Source: Candidatus Micrarchaeota archaeon (lineage in GTDB: Archaea; Micrarchaeota; Micrarchaeia; Norongarragalinales; Norongarragalinaceae). Taken from it: DNA of 64,000 bases. The first letter of the stretch is position 1. The number at the start of each line of letters is the position of its first letter. Both the position numbers and the translations under genes were made by a program. The notes beneath the pieces are model-generated. The model searched no databases and was not told the origin of the DNA. It worked only from the letters and a program-made list of their open reading frames with translations. The stretch is from contig CAZVVY010000002.1 in assembly GCA_964630975.1 (NCBI GenBank), positions 44,633 to 108,632 on the forward strand, written 5' to 3'. Shown here piece by piece: positions 1 to 9,149 of the stretch.

Positions 1-1185
1 GTTCACATACTTGCCGAAAACTTCTTCTTTTTCGCGGGGCAGGCAGCACAAAGCCGCCGTTCCCTTATCGTCGTACTTCGGCCTTCCGGCGCGCCCCGTC
101 ATTTGGGCGACTTCGAGGCCGGGAACGAATTCCGAGTAGGCGCCGTTGAACCTCTTCAAGTCGCGTACTATCACCCAAGACGCCGGGTAATCCAAGCCCA
201 TTGCGAGCGTGGTAGTGCAAACTATTGCCTTGAGGCACCTTTCCTCCTTGAAGCCCTTTTCAATCAATTCTCGTTGCTTTCCGATTAAGCCCGCGTGGTG
301 GAATGCGACGCCGCTTTTCAATGCGTTTGCAAGGGATCGGCATTGGGCGGTCGGGTTTCCCCCCAACGCCTTCAAAGCTTTTTCGGAGATTTTCCTGCAC
401 GCCGCTTTTTGTTGTTCACTCAACGATTTTTCGGTTACTTTTCCCAGTTTTCCGGCGAGCGACTCCGCGTTTCGCCGCGACGAAACGAAGACGAGCGCCT
501 GCCCGCCGCCGCCTTTTTCCTTCAAGGCGAGCTTCAACAACGCCGCTTCCCTGTTGCCGCGCAACTCCTCTTTTCTCGAGCCGAAGTCCAGGACTTTGCC
601 GTCGCACACGCCCACTTCCAGCGGGGTCGGCCGGTAACCGCTTTTCACTAGGCGGGCGCCCAGCCAACCCGCGATTTCCTCGTCGTTTGGAATCGTGGCA
701 CTCAACGCGAGTATGCGCACGCCCGTATCCAGAAACTTCGTCAAAACCATTTCCAAGGTAGTGCCGCGGCGCCCGTCGCCGAGCAGGTGCGCTTCGTCTA
801 TCACCGCCAACGAAACTTCTTTGAGCCAAGGCGCCTTGTGCCGGTACAAAGAATCCATTTTTTCGCTGGTAGCAACGACGACGTCGTACTCGCGCAAGTG
901 CTCCGAAGAAGAGTCGAGTTCGCCGGTTGCAAGGCCCACCGACAAGCCGAACGGCTCAAGGGCGGATGAAAACTCGCGCTTTTTTTCGGATGCAAGGGCG
1001 CGCAAGGGCACCACGTAAACGCTTTTGGCGTCGTTTTCCGCTATGGCCTTCAACGCGAGCAATGTCTTACCCGAAGCGGTCGGCGCGCTTACAACGCAGT
1101 TGCCGCCCCCCAAGTAATCCTGTTCCAGCGCCTGCTTCTGCAACGGGTTGGGTTTAGGGTAACCCAGCCTTGAAAAGGTTTGCAT
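1..1185 (-). CDS. hel308: Ski2/Hel308-type DEAH-box helicase, N-terminal ~395 aa (gene runs off the left edge)
   Basis: Absent from the ORF track because it has no stop in the window. My minus-strand translation from the ATG at 1185 gives MQTFSRLGYPKPNPLQKQALEQ...SAPTASGKT (Walker A), AVIDEAHLL (DEAH), LALSAT, VAFHHAGL and QMTGRAGRP (motif VI). The plus-strand ORFs listed over 103-1157 are shadow frames. Confidence 0.8.
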   Translation of the reverse strand, partial: MQTFSRLGYPKPNPLQKQALEQDYLGGGNCVVSAPTASGKTLLALKAIAENDAKSVYVVPLRALASEKKREFSSALEPFGLSVGLATGELDSSSEHLREYDVVVATSEKMDSLYRHKAPWLKEVSLAVIDEAHLLGDGRRGTTLEMVLTKFLDTGVRILALSATIPNDEEIAGWLGARLVKSGYRPTPLEVGVCDGKVLDFGSRKEELRGNREAALLKLALKEKGGGGQALVFVSSRRNAESLAGKLGKVTEKSLSEQQKAACRKISEKALKALGGNPTAQCRSLANALKSGVAFHHAGLIGKQRELIEKGFKEERCLKAIVCTTTLAMGLDYPASWVIVRDLKRFNGAYSEFVPGLEVAQMTGRAGRPKYDDKGTAALCCLPREKEEVFGKYVN

Positions 1186-1293
1186 AAATCCATCGTTATG
1201 CTGTTTTTCGTCGATTAAAAAAGGTTGGAGGGGTTGCTTCCGGTGGGAACCATTTAAATCTTTTTTTCGGCTTATCATTACGGGTTGATTTAA

Positions 1294-1953
1294 TTGTTGG
1301 TTTTGAATTTCAAGGCATACGAGCAGAGTTTGGGTAAAAAGGGTTTGAAGCTCGCCGAAATCGCGCGGGACGCCGCCGAAAAAACGGGTAAAAAAGTGGT
1401 GGCTTGCCCCCAACAGTGCGACTTGCGTTGGCTCCTGGAAAAAGTTCCGGAAACCGATAACTACAAGGTTTTGGCGCAGCACGCGGACGCCGTGGGGCAA
1501 GGCTCGCGAACCGGCTGGATTCCGTTGGAAGCCGTCAAGGACTGCGGGGCCTCCGGAATACTAGTCAACCACTCCGAGCACCGCATTCAAAACGTTGCCG
1601 AAACAATTGAAGCCGCCGAACAACTCGGCTTGCAAGCAATTGTTTGCGCGCAATCCCCCGAGGAAGCGCGCAACCACTCTTCTTTGAATCCGTTCGCCGT
1701 AGCCTTCGAGCCCCCCGACTTGATTGGGTCCGGCGTATCCGTTACCACCCGGCCGGAAATAGCGAAGCAATCCATTCACGCAATTGAAGAAGGAGGAGGC
1801 GCCCAGCCTTTCGTGGGTGCCGGCGTGAGCAAGCCGGAAGACGTCAAGGAATCGTTTGCCTTGGGCGCGAAAGGAGTTCTTTTGGCGAGCGCGTTCGTGA
1901 AAGCCGAAAAACCGGGCGTCTTACTCGAAGAAATGCTGGTGAAATCACCTTGA
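1294..1953 (+). CDS. tpiA: Triosephosphate isomerase, short archaeal type (219 aa)
   Basis: LVLNFKAYEQS at the N-terminus, ILVNHSEHR catalytic region, VAFEPPDLIGSG and GAGVS. The length is typical of archaeal TIM. Starts on TTG. Confidence 0.85.
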   Translation: MLVLNFKAYEQSLGKKGLKLAEIARDAAEKTGKKVVACPQQCDLRWLLEKVPETDNYKVLAQHADAVGQGSRTGWIPLEAVKDCGASGILVNHSEHRIQNVAETIEAAEQLGLQAIVCAQSPEEARNHSSLNPFAVAFEPPDLIGSGVSVTTRPEIAKQSIHAIEEGGGAQPFVGAGVSKPEDVKESFALGAKGVLLASAFVKAEKPGVLLEEMLVKSP

Positions 1954-2804
1954 AGTCCCACAAGGGCAGGCTGTTGCATTCGATGCCCCCCCACAATTTT
2001 CCGGGCAAGGAAGAACAGGACTACGAGTCCGCCAAATACGTAATAATTCCCGTGCCTTTCGATTCCACTACTTACTACGGGCCCAACGCCCGCAACGGCC
2101 CTCACGCCGTAATCCGAGCTTCCCGCCAGTTGCCTTTGTACGACTGGGAATCAAAAAGCGTTCCCGTCGAAAAAGGCGTTTTTTGCACCGCCGAACTGGA
2201 GCCCGTGCGCGGAGACGCGCGCTTGACCATTGAGCGCTTGCGCCAAGTTTGCGAGGAAATAGTTGACGACGGAAAGAAACCCGTGATACTCGGAGGCGAA
2301 CACTCTCTTTCCTTGGCGGGAGTGCGGGCGGCAAAGCCGGACAGCGTCCTCGTGTTGGATGCCCACGCGGATGCGTGGGACGAATTCGAAGGCTCGAAGT
2401 GGTCGCACGCCTGCGTTTCACGCAGGATTCACGAAGAAACGGGCGGCGCGGTAAGCGTTGCGGGAGTGCGCTCGATTTCCGAAGAGGAATCGGAGTACTC
2501 GAAGAAAAAAGGGTTCAACGTTTTTTACGCTAACAAATCCACCGTCGGCTCGGTGTTGAAGTCGTTGAAGGGCCGCGTATACGTTTCCGTTGACGTCGAC
2601 GTCTTCGACTCATCACTCATGCCGAGCACGGGCACGCCCGAACCCGGCGGGCTCGGCTGGGAACAAGTCTGCTCTTTATTGAAAGCGGTTTCGCGTAAGA
2701 ACGTTGTAGGGTTCGACTTAACCGAGCTAGCCCCGATTCCGGGGTTGGAAGCGCCGAATTACGCGGCCGCAAAATTATTGTACAAAATGGTCGGGTGGTT
2801 TTAA
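1950..2804 (+). CDS. speB: Agmatinase / ureohydrolase family
   Basis: Mn-binding motifs of the arginase fold: GGEHSLS, VLDAHADAW and VSVDVDVFD. There is a 4-nt overlap with tpiA. Confidence 0.75.
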   Translation: MKSHKGRLLHSMPPHNFPGKEEQDYESAKYVIIPVPFDSTTYYGPNARNGPHAVIRASRQLPLYDWESKSVPVEKGVFCTAELEPVRGDARLTIERLRQVCEEIVDDGKKPVILGGEHSLSLAGVRAAKPDSVLVLDAHADAWDEFEGSKWSHACVSRRIHEETGGAVSVAGVRSISEEESEYSKKKGFNVFYANKSTVGSVLKSLKGRVYVSVDVDVFDSSLMPSTGTPEPGGLGWEQVCSLLKAVSRKNVVGFDLTELAPIPGLEAPNYAAAKLLYKMVGWF

Positions 2805-2805
2805 G

Positions 2806-3930
2806 TTGAAGTCGCAAATGGTTTTTCCGGGAGGACTAACAAAGGAGGAATTCGTTAAAAAAGTGGAGGAAAACGTTCGCCTCAATGACTTGTATTTCGT
2901 TTGCCAGCCGTCGGCCGTGGAACACGTCGCCTTCGACTTGATGCGGCTCGGAGTTCCCCGCAAAAACTTTTTCACGGTGGGCGCCGACGAATTCGGCGAC
3001 GGCGAAAAACGCTTTTACGTATCCCACGAAGACGAAAAAGCCTTGAAAAAAGCCGCTTCCCTCAAAAAACCGCGATTCGTAATACTCACGGGCACGCGGC
3101 CCTTTAAGCAGGCGGACGACTGGCTCGACGCTTTCTTCACGCTGGAAGCCGCCCAACCCGTGTTGCCGACGAAACGCACGATTCCGGTGTGCACTTACGC
3201 GGCTTACCTGCGCGGCCACCGCAAGACAAAGGACGGCAAGGGCGGCCGCGCCTTCGCCTCCGAGCCCTTGGCCGCCTCGGCCCTAGTCGACTCGGTTCTG
3301 CAAAAGCCGTTCGGCTCCAAGTATTGCATCGTAACCCCGCACACCGTTGAAAAAGGAATACTCAAAAAGTTGTTGAAGCCGTTTTACCCGATGGGCGCCT
3401 TCGTGGAAGCCGCGCGCCGCGCCTACCCCGACTTGAACGTGAGCTTGTTCGCACCCGACGAGGAAGCATCCATAACGGTGCGCGCCGAACTCGACAAGGC
3501 GATGGGTCGAAAAGTGAACACGGCCTTCGTACGAAAATTCCGCGGAGCCGGAGTCGACGAAACCGAAGCCGAAGAATTCGTGGGCGACGTTTCCGGCACC
3601 AACGTGTTGTGCTTCGACGACTTGACTTCCACGGGCGGCTCACTCGAACGAACCGTCAAAAAATCGTTGGAGCAAGGCGCCAAAGGAGTGATGGTCGGCG
3701 TAACCCACATGGTTACCTTGCCCGCGCTCGTGCGCCTCCTCGAATCCAAAGCCGACCACGTCGTTTTCACGAATTCAATCGACTTGAACTACCTGCTCTC
3801 AACCGACCGCAAGCTCTCCAAGAAAGCAACCCAACTCGCGAGAAGGCATTACGGCAAGAAGTTGAAGTACGTCAGCATTGCGCCCGCCATCCTCTCGCAA
3901 AGCGCCCGCATACTGGCAAAGAGGAAGTAA
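2806..3930 (+). CDS. Divergent ribose-phosphate pyrophosphokinase-like phosphoribosyltransferase
   Basis: Prs-like layout: FGDGEKRFYV (compare FSDGE), YAAYLRGHRKTKDG (compare YxRQDRK), then the PRPP-binding loop VLCFDDLTSTGGSL and GVTHMV...VVFTNSI. Confidence 0.55.
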   Translation: MKSQMVFPGGLTKEEFVKKVEENVRLNDLYFVCQPSAVEHVAFDLMRLGVPRKNFFTVGADEFGDGEKRFYVSHEDEKALKKAASLKKPRFVILTGTRPFKQADDWLDAFFTLEAAQPVLPTKRTIPVCTYAAYLRGHRKTKDGKGGRAFASEPLAASALVDSVLQKPFGSKYCIVTPHTVEKGILKKLLKPFYPMGAFVEAARRAYPDLNVSLFAPDEEASITVRAELDKAMGRKVNTAFVRKFRGAGVDETEAEEFVGDVSGTNVLCFDDLTSTGGSLERTVKKSLEQGAKGVMVGVTHMVTLPALVRLLESKADHVVFTNSIDLNYLLSTDRKLSKKATQLARRHYGKKLKYVSIAPAILSQSARILAKRK

Positions 3931-4040
3931 ATTGTTCTTAGCCGATTTCCACGAACCCAAAAATTCCGCCTTGCCTACGATTGATTCTTTGGCAAGGCAC
4001 GGTTTTTCGTTCACGGTTTGTTTAGCCGCACACATCAAAG

Positions 4041-5252
4041 GTGATGAAAACGTTTTTTGCTGATCTCCACTTGCACTCCAAGTACTCGCGCGCCGTATCC
4101 AAGAACATGGATTTGCCGCACCTAGTTGAAGGGGCAAAACAAAAAGGGCTGCATTTGCTGGGCACCGGCGACTTCTCACACCCCGCGTGGCTCCACCACT
4201 TGAAACAAGAGTTGAAGGAAAGCGTTTTGCCGGGCTTATACGAAAAAAACGGCGTGCACTTCCTGCTCTCCAACGAAGTAGCCACTTTTTGCCCGGGTCA
4301 CCGCGTGCACCACTGCGTTTTCGCCCCGTCCTTCGATTGCGTGGACCAGTTGACGGACGCGTACTCCAAGCGCTCCAACCTCGCCGCGGACGGCCGACCC
4401 ATGATGGCGAAGACGACTCCCGCCGAATTCGTTGAACTCACTTTGGAGGCGTGCCCGGAAGCCGTAATCGTGCCGGCCCACGCGTGGACTCCGTGGTTCG
4501 GCGTGTTGGGAAGCAAAAGCGGTTACGACTCGGTTGAAGAAGCCTATGAAGACGAGGCGGACAAGATTTTCGCAATTGAAACCGGGTTAAGCAGCGACCC
4601 CGAAATGAATTGGCGGGTTTCCTCCCTCGACAAGTACGCGTTGCTGTCGAACAGCGACGCGCACTCGCCGCACCCCTTACGCATCGGCCGCGAAGCCAAC
4701 TGCTTCTCGAAGCCGTTGGGCTACAAAGAATTGTTTGACTCCGTAAGAAAAAAGGACTCCGAAAAATTCTTGTTCACCGTGGAAGTCGACCCCGCCTACG
4801 GCAAATACCATTTCGACGGGCATCGCGCCTGCAATTACTCGCGCGCCCCCGACTTGAACGACGACAAGTGCCCCAAGTGCGGCAAGCAGTTGACTTTGGG
4901 GGTGGAACACCGAGTCGAAGAACTGGCCGACCGCAAGCCCGGCTTCAAGCCCGAAGGCGCGATTCCCTACAAGAAACTGTTGCCGTTGCAGGAATTGTTC
5001 GCCCAACTCTTCGGAACCAACTCCTTTTCCAAGAAGGCGCGCTCCCTCGCCTGTTCATTGTCCGAAAAATTCGGCGGCGAATTCAACGTGCTCTTGAAAA
5101 CGCCTTTGGAAGAACTCGAAGAAGATTGTGAGCCCGCCGTATTCAACGCCATACGGTTGAACCGTGATGGAGGTATTCGCTTCAAGCCCGGTTTCGACGG
5201 CGTTTACGGCGTGCCCGACTTGTCGGGCCAGGGCCGCCTCACCGACTATTAG
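4041..5252 (+). CDS. endoQ: Endonuclease Q-like PHP-domain nuclease with zinc ribbon
   Basis: N-terminal PHP motif FADLHLHSKYSRAVS, later NSDAHSP, then the Zn-ribbon CNYSRAPDLNDDKCPKCGKQLTLGVEHRVEELAD. The ~400 aa length matches EndoQ. Confidence 0.6.
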   Translation: MMKTFFADLHLHSKYSRAVSKNMDLPHLVEGAKQKGLHLLGTGDFSHPAWLHHLKQELKESVLPGLYEKNGVHFLLSNEVATFCPGHRVHHCVFAPSFDCVDQLTDAYSKRSNLAADGRPMMAKTTPAEFVELTLEACPEAVIVPAHAWTPWFGVLGSKSGYDSVEEAYEDEADKIFAIETGLSSDPEMNWRVSSLDKYALLSNSDAHSPHPLRIGREANCFSKPLGYKELFDSVRKKDSEKFLFTVEVDPAYGKYHFDGHRACNYSRAPDLNDDKCPKCGKQLTLGVEHRVEELADRKPGFKPEGAIPYKKLLPLQELFAQLFGTNSFSKKARSLACSLSEKFGGEFNVLLKTPLEELEEDCEPAVFNAIRLNRDGGIRFKPGFDGVYGVPDLSGQGRLTDY

Positions 5253-5299
5253 CAATCGTTTTATTTGCGCCCCGCCTTTCATTCACTCGGTGGTTTGAA

Positions 5300-6316
5300 T
5301 TGTATAAGGTTGCGGTAAACGGCTTCGGCAGAATAGGGCAAACTTTTTTGAGGCAGACATTGAAGCACGAATCGTTCTACAAGAACTGTGAAATCGTTGC
5401 GTTGAACGCTTCCTACCCGCCCGAAATGATTGCTTACATGCTGAAATACGACTGCGTTCACGGCACGCTTGACGTTGAAGTTGAAGCAAAAGAAAAAAGC
5501 ATCGTGGTTGACGGGCACGAAATCGTTTTGACCGCCGAACGCGACCCCGCCAAACTCCCGTGGAACGATTACGGAGTCGACCTCGTCGTTGAAGGAACCG
5601 GCGCCTTCCGCAAGCGCGAGGACGCCGCCAAACACTTAACTGCCGGCGCCAAAAAAGTGTTGGTTACCGCGCCCGGCAAAGGCGTTGACTCCTCCATCGT
5701 GTTGGGAGTCAATGAAGACGATTATTCGCCGGAACACGAAGTCGTGGACGCCGCGTCGTGCACCACGAACTGCTTGGCTCCGACTTGCAAGGCGTTGCAC
5801 GACGCCTTCGAAATAAAGCGCGGCTTCATGACCACAATTCACGCTTACACGAACGACCAAAAAATACTGGATTCGCCGCACCACAAGGACGCGCGCCGCG
5901 GTCGGGCCGCCGCAACCTGCATGTTGCCCACTTCAACGGGCGCCGCAAAAGCGGTTGCCAACGTGTTGCCCGCGCTAAAAGGTCGGCTGGACGGTTTGGC
6001 GGTTCGCGTGCCCGTTCCCGACGGCTCCCTCGTCGATTTGACCGTCGAACTCGGTGAAAGCGTTACCGAAAAAAAGGTGAACGAGGCCTTCAAGGCGTTT
6101 GCCAAACAAAAACCCGACATAATGGGGTACTGCGCCGACCCGATTGTTTCAACGGACGTCATAAGCGACCCGCACTCGTGCGTAATCGACTCGTTGGAGA
6201 CGCGCGTGCTCGGCGAAGAGGGCTCGCTCGTGAAAGTGTTGGCGTGGTACGACAACGAAGCGGGTTATTCGATGCGCCTCGTCGACCTCGTGGAACTAAT
6301 GCGCGAAAAAGGTTAG
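5300..6316 (+). CDS. gap: Glyceraldehyde-3-phosphate dehydrogenase, class I (bacterial/eukaryotic type)
   Basis: NGFGRIGQ Rossmann start, catalytic ASCTTNCLAP, and WYDNEAGYS near the C-terminus. Confidence 0.9.
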   Translation: MYKVAVNGFGRIGQTFLRQTLKHESFYKNCEIVALNASYPPEMIAYMLKYDCVHGTLDVEVEAKEKSIVVDGHEIVLTAERDPAKLPWNDYGVDLVVEGTGAFRKREDAAKHLTAGAKKVLVTAPGKGVDSSIVLGVNEDDYSPEHEVVDAASCTTNCLAPTCKALHDAFEIKRGFMTTIHAYTNDQKILDSPHHKDARRGRAAATCMLPTSTGAAKAVANVLPALKGRLDGLAVRVPVPDGSLVDLTVELGESVTEKKVNEAFKAFAKQKPDIMGYCADPIVSTDVISDPHSCVIDSLETRVLGEEGSLVKVLAWYDNEAGYSMRLVDLVELMREKG

Positions 6317-6322
6317 TATTTT

Positions 6323-7126
6323 GCTGATTACAGTAGAAATTTTGTCAAGGCCTTAAACCTCAAACCAGTACTAGCACTCAATACGACGATCTACTACAGT
6401 AGAAATTTTGTCAAGGCCTTAAACTTCCTTGCGTTGCCCACTCAAACCCCCATCTACTACAGTAGAAATTTTGTCAAGGCCTTAAACGCGACAACTTCAC
6501 GGTAGGATACTGGTTATCTACTACAGTAGAAATTTTATCAAGGCCTTAAACCGGGTTATACCGAATTCATTTCGGCTACCATCTACTACAGTAGAAATTT
6601 TATCAAGGCCTTAAACTGTATATTGAAGTAGTATCTCCCGCAACATCTACTACAGTAGAAATTTTGTCAAGGCCTTAAACTGGTCACGGGCGAACGAGAA
6701 GGAATCGGATCTACTACAGTAGAAATTTTGTCAAGGCCTTAAACACCAACAGTCAATGTTCGCCCACCACCGAATCTACTACAGTAGAAATTTTGTCAAG
6801 GCCTTAAACTGGTGGGCGCACGTGTTGGCACTACCAATCTACTACAGTAGAAATTTTGTCAAGGCCTTAAACAGTTCAACGATTAAGTTTTACGTGAACA
6901 TCTACTACAGTAGAAATTTTGTCAAGGCCTTAAACCTATTCGCGTATTCAATACTGCGTGCGTATCTACTACAGTAGAAATTTTGTCAAGGCCTTAAACA
7001 ATACAAGTCATACCTTTATGGGACGCATCTACTACAGTAGAAATTTTGTCAAGGCCTTAAACCTCGATGCTTACTATAGCGTCAATCGGGATCTACTACA
7101 GTAGAAATTTTGTCAAGGCCTTAAAC
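6323..7126 (-). CRISPR. CRISPR array of Cas12a type: 13 repeats of 36 nt and 12 spacers of 27-30 nt
   Basis: Plus-strand repeat is atctactacagtagaaattttgtcaaggccttaaac. Its reverse complement, GTTTAAGGCCTTGACAAAATTTCTACTGTAGTAGAT, ends in the Cas12a 5'-handle stem-loop (UCUAC-UGUA-GUAGA), so the array is transcribed on the minus strand like the cas genes. Repeat starts: 6323 (degenerate), 6389, 6452, 6516, 6581, 6645, 6709, 6774, 6837, 6900, 6964, 7027, 7091. The repeats at 6516 and 6581 carry one substitution (ttttatcaagg). Confidence 0.97.
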
Positions 7127-7349
7127 AGCGCGTTTTTTGGTCCGAATCTAATTCGGTCTTTATTTGCCTTTAATTGTTTTGCCTACCAGGTTTTGGAAAT
7201 CACTCCAAAACGATTTTTTCAGATTATTCCTATTTTTTGATATGCTATCCGAATTCTTAAAACCTTTGTTTTTGGTTGTCTAACGCGTTTTTAGAAAAGA
7301 AAACGCTTTTTTTTATCTCAAAAATGCGGGGCGAGGTTTGCAGTTTTTT
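7127..7349 (-). promoter_or_regulatory. CRISPR leader (AT-rich, between the cas2 stop and the first repeat)
   Basis: A 223-nt non-coding A/T-rich stretch lies immediately upstream (minus-strand sense) of the intact-repeat end of the array. The degenerate repeat is at the opposite end. No transcription start can be read from sequence alone. Confidence 0.55.
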
Positions 7350-7622
7350 TTAGTGCATTATTAAGTCGGTTTCCTCGTTTTTGGCGTACCCGAACCGCAT
7401 TATTTGGTCTGATTTTTTTATTTCAAAAATTAGGATATTATCTCCTTGCGTGAACCTTTTTTCAAAGCGATGTTTGATGTTGGTTTTCACTATTTCGAGT
7501 ATTCTTTTGCTGTTGTTTATTTCATATACCGAGTATTGCAGTCGGCGGCCGTAACCTAAAATGAATTTTGAGAAATCGGTTCTCAAGTCGTCGTCTTGAA
7601 TGTCGTAGGAGAGAATAATCAT
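7350..7622 (-). CDS. cas2: CRISPR-associated endoribonuclease Cas2
   Basis: 90 aa, MIILSYDIQDD...RLQYSVYEI. Size and pattern fit Cas2. There is a 4-nt overlap with the cas1 stop. Confidence 0.85.
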   Translation of the reverse strand: MIILSYDIQDDDLRTDFSKFILGYGRRLQYSVYEINNSKRILEIVKTNIKHRFEKRFTQGDNILIFEIKKSDQIMRFGYAKNEETDLIMH

Positions 7623-8575
7623 TTTTTATGCCTGCTTAATTCAAAGACGGGGTATTCATCAATGTTTTTTTCCTTGATGAATGCTCGGTAATATTTTTGT
7701 ATGTACAAAAATATTTCTTCCTTGTTTTCAAGTATTTCTTTTAGGAATAGTTTTGAGTATTTTTTATTGAATTCTCGTTTCAAGTAGTATTGGCCGTTGA
7801 CTATTTTAAAGTCGGATGCGTTTATTTGTTTTAGGTTCGCGCTTTTTCTTATCCTTTTTTCGATTATGCACCGGAACGGTTCCATTAAGTCGCAAACCAG
7901 TGATTTTCTTTGGAAAAAGAATTTGTGGTAAACGCCGCAGTAAGTGTCGAAACCGTATAGTTCTAGGTTGGCTTCGATGAAGTTGAATAGATAGTAGTAC
8001 CCGATATCGAAAAGTAAATTGAATTCGTCGGTTTTGCATCTTGGCTTCCTTACCTTAAAGCCGAGGTTTTTGAAATAAGTTGAAAAAAATGTTTTTGAGG
8101 CGTTGCCTTCAATTCCCAGCAATTCTTGGCTGTCCCTAGCAAACGTTGTTTGGTCGTATAAACGGGTTATTTGTTTTATTGCTTCCTTGTCTTTCTTGCT
8201 TTTGTATCTGAGTGATTGAATTAGTTTTTTTTGGTTGTTTACCTTGTTTTTTATGATGTGTTTAGCGATTTTGAGATCGTCGGATTTCGTGTATTGTTTT
8301 TTTCTTAATAGGAAGTTGCCTTTGTTGTCTGGAAGTATTGAAAAATATGGTTTTAGGTTGTAGCCTAGGAAGATTATTGGTACTGCGTGTTTTTTCGCTT
8401 TTTTTATTAGGATTGAGGTTACTGAGCACTCGCCTTTGATGAAAACCAAAAAAATTTTGCGGCAGGAATGTTGCAGTAGTATTTTGTTGTTTTCGTCGAT
8501 TAAAATCAGGTTGGAATTCTTGAATTTTATTTTATTGTTTTTTTTGCTTTCGATGAACAGTATTTGTTTTGACAT
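7619..8575 (-). CDS. cas1: CRISPR-associated integrase Cas1
   Basis: GIEGNASKTFF, DIGYYYLFNFIEANL, YCGVYH and SLVCDLMEPFR (conserved E/H/D core). I place the start at MSKQILFIE (ATG at 8575). The ORF track extends to 8680, and alternative ATGs at 8593/8596 would overlap the cas4 end. Confidence 0.9.
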   Translation of the reverse strand: MSKQILFIESKKNNKIKFKNSNLILIDENNKILLQHSCRKIFLVFIKGECSVTSILIKKAKKHAVPIIFLGYNLKPYFSILPDNKGNFLLRKKQYTKSDDLKIAKHIIKNKVNNQKKLIQSLRYKSKKDKEAIKQITRLYDQTTFARDSQELLGIEGNASKTFFSTYFKNLGFKVRKPRCKTDEFNLLFDIGYYYLFNFIEANLELYGFDTYCGVYHKFFFQRKSLVCDLMEPFRCIIEKRIRKSANLKQINASDFKIVNGQYYLKREFNKKYSKLFLKEILENKEEIFLYIQKYYRAFIKEKNIDEYPVFELSRHKK

Positions 8576-8585
8576 GAAGTCGGGC

Positions 8586-9146
8586 CTACTCATCATCAGT
8601 ATAATAATCGCATAAGTGCCTATAAATGCATTTTCTACATTTGTTCGGGTTTTGAGTAAAGTTCGCGTCTTCCAAATCAAATGACTTCATTTCGGCGATT
8701 ACTTGCTTTAATCTCTTTTTTTCTGTCATTGACGGAAGTTTAACCGCGTAATTTTTGTTGTCCGAAAGAGATCGAAGAATAATTTTTTTTATTTGGTAAC
8801 CCATTTCGGTTAAGCAGTAGTATTGAGCATAAACTTGTAACAAGTATCCTTCATAGAGTTTCCTTATTTTGTTCTTCCTTTCTATCAGCGTTTTTTTCTT
8901 AACGTCGAATATATCTATTTTTCCGGTTAAACCGAGTTCTTCGCTGTAGACGCTTAACCCCGCCAATATTTTTTTCTTGGTTGAGTAAGTGCCGTCGTCT
9001 ATTCTTTTGTGGGCGTTGGTTCCGCGGACTTGGCACGCGCTTTGATAAGTTTCCTTATCGAGTTGATAATACAAATTATGAAAATAGATGCTTCGCGGGC
9101 AAAAAAGGAAGTCGTTTAAGTTGGATATTGCAATGTTTTCTTCCAC
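8586..9146 (-). CDS. cas4: CRISPR-associated RecB-like exonuclease Cas4
   Basis: 186 aa with N-terminal Cys (FCPRSIYF), the nuclease core GKIDIFD...LIERKNK, and the C-terminal Cys cluster CRKCIYRHLC. Confidence 0.88.
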   Translation of the reverse strand: MEENIAISNLNDFLFCPRSIYFHNLYYQLDKETYQSACQVRGTNAHKRIDDGTYSTKKKILAGLSVYSEELGLTGKIDIFDVKKKTLIERKNKIRKLYEGYLLQVYAQYYCLTEMGYQIKKIILRSLSDNKNYAVKLPSMTEKKRLKQVIAEMKSFDLEDANFTQNPNKCRKCIYRHLCDYYTDDE

Positions 9147-9149
9147 GGT

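Noticed and set aside
6745-6836. Adjacent spacers 7 and 8 share a 9-nt reverse-complementary core (CGCCCACCA / TGGTGGGCG), hinting at acquisition from one protospacer region.
   Set aside because: The flanking bases do not continue the match, and 9 nt is within chance for GC-rich spacers.
6756-6977. A 73-aa plus-strand ORF with the reiterated peptide IYYSRNFVKALN.
   Set aside because: It is simply a translation of consecutive CRISPR repeats, not a gene.
7142-7211. Two small inverted repeats in the CRISPR leader (CCGAAT-CTA-ATTCGG, and GTTTTGGA-AATCAC-TCCAAAAC followed by a plus-strand T-run), considered as possible terminators or leader-binding sites.
   Set aside because: They are short (6-8 bp). 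The T-run is on the strand opposite to both the cas operon and the array, and nothing nearby is transcribed in that direction. The evidence is insufficient for a call.
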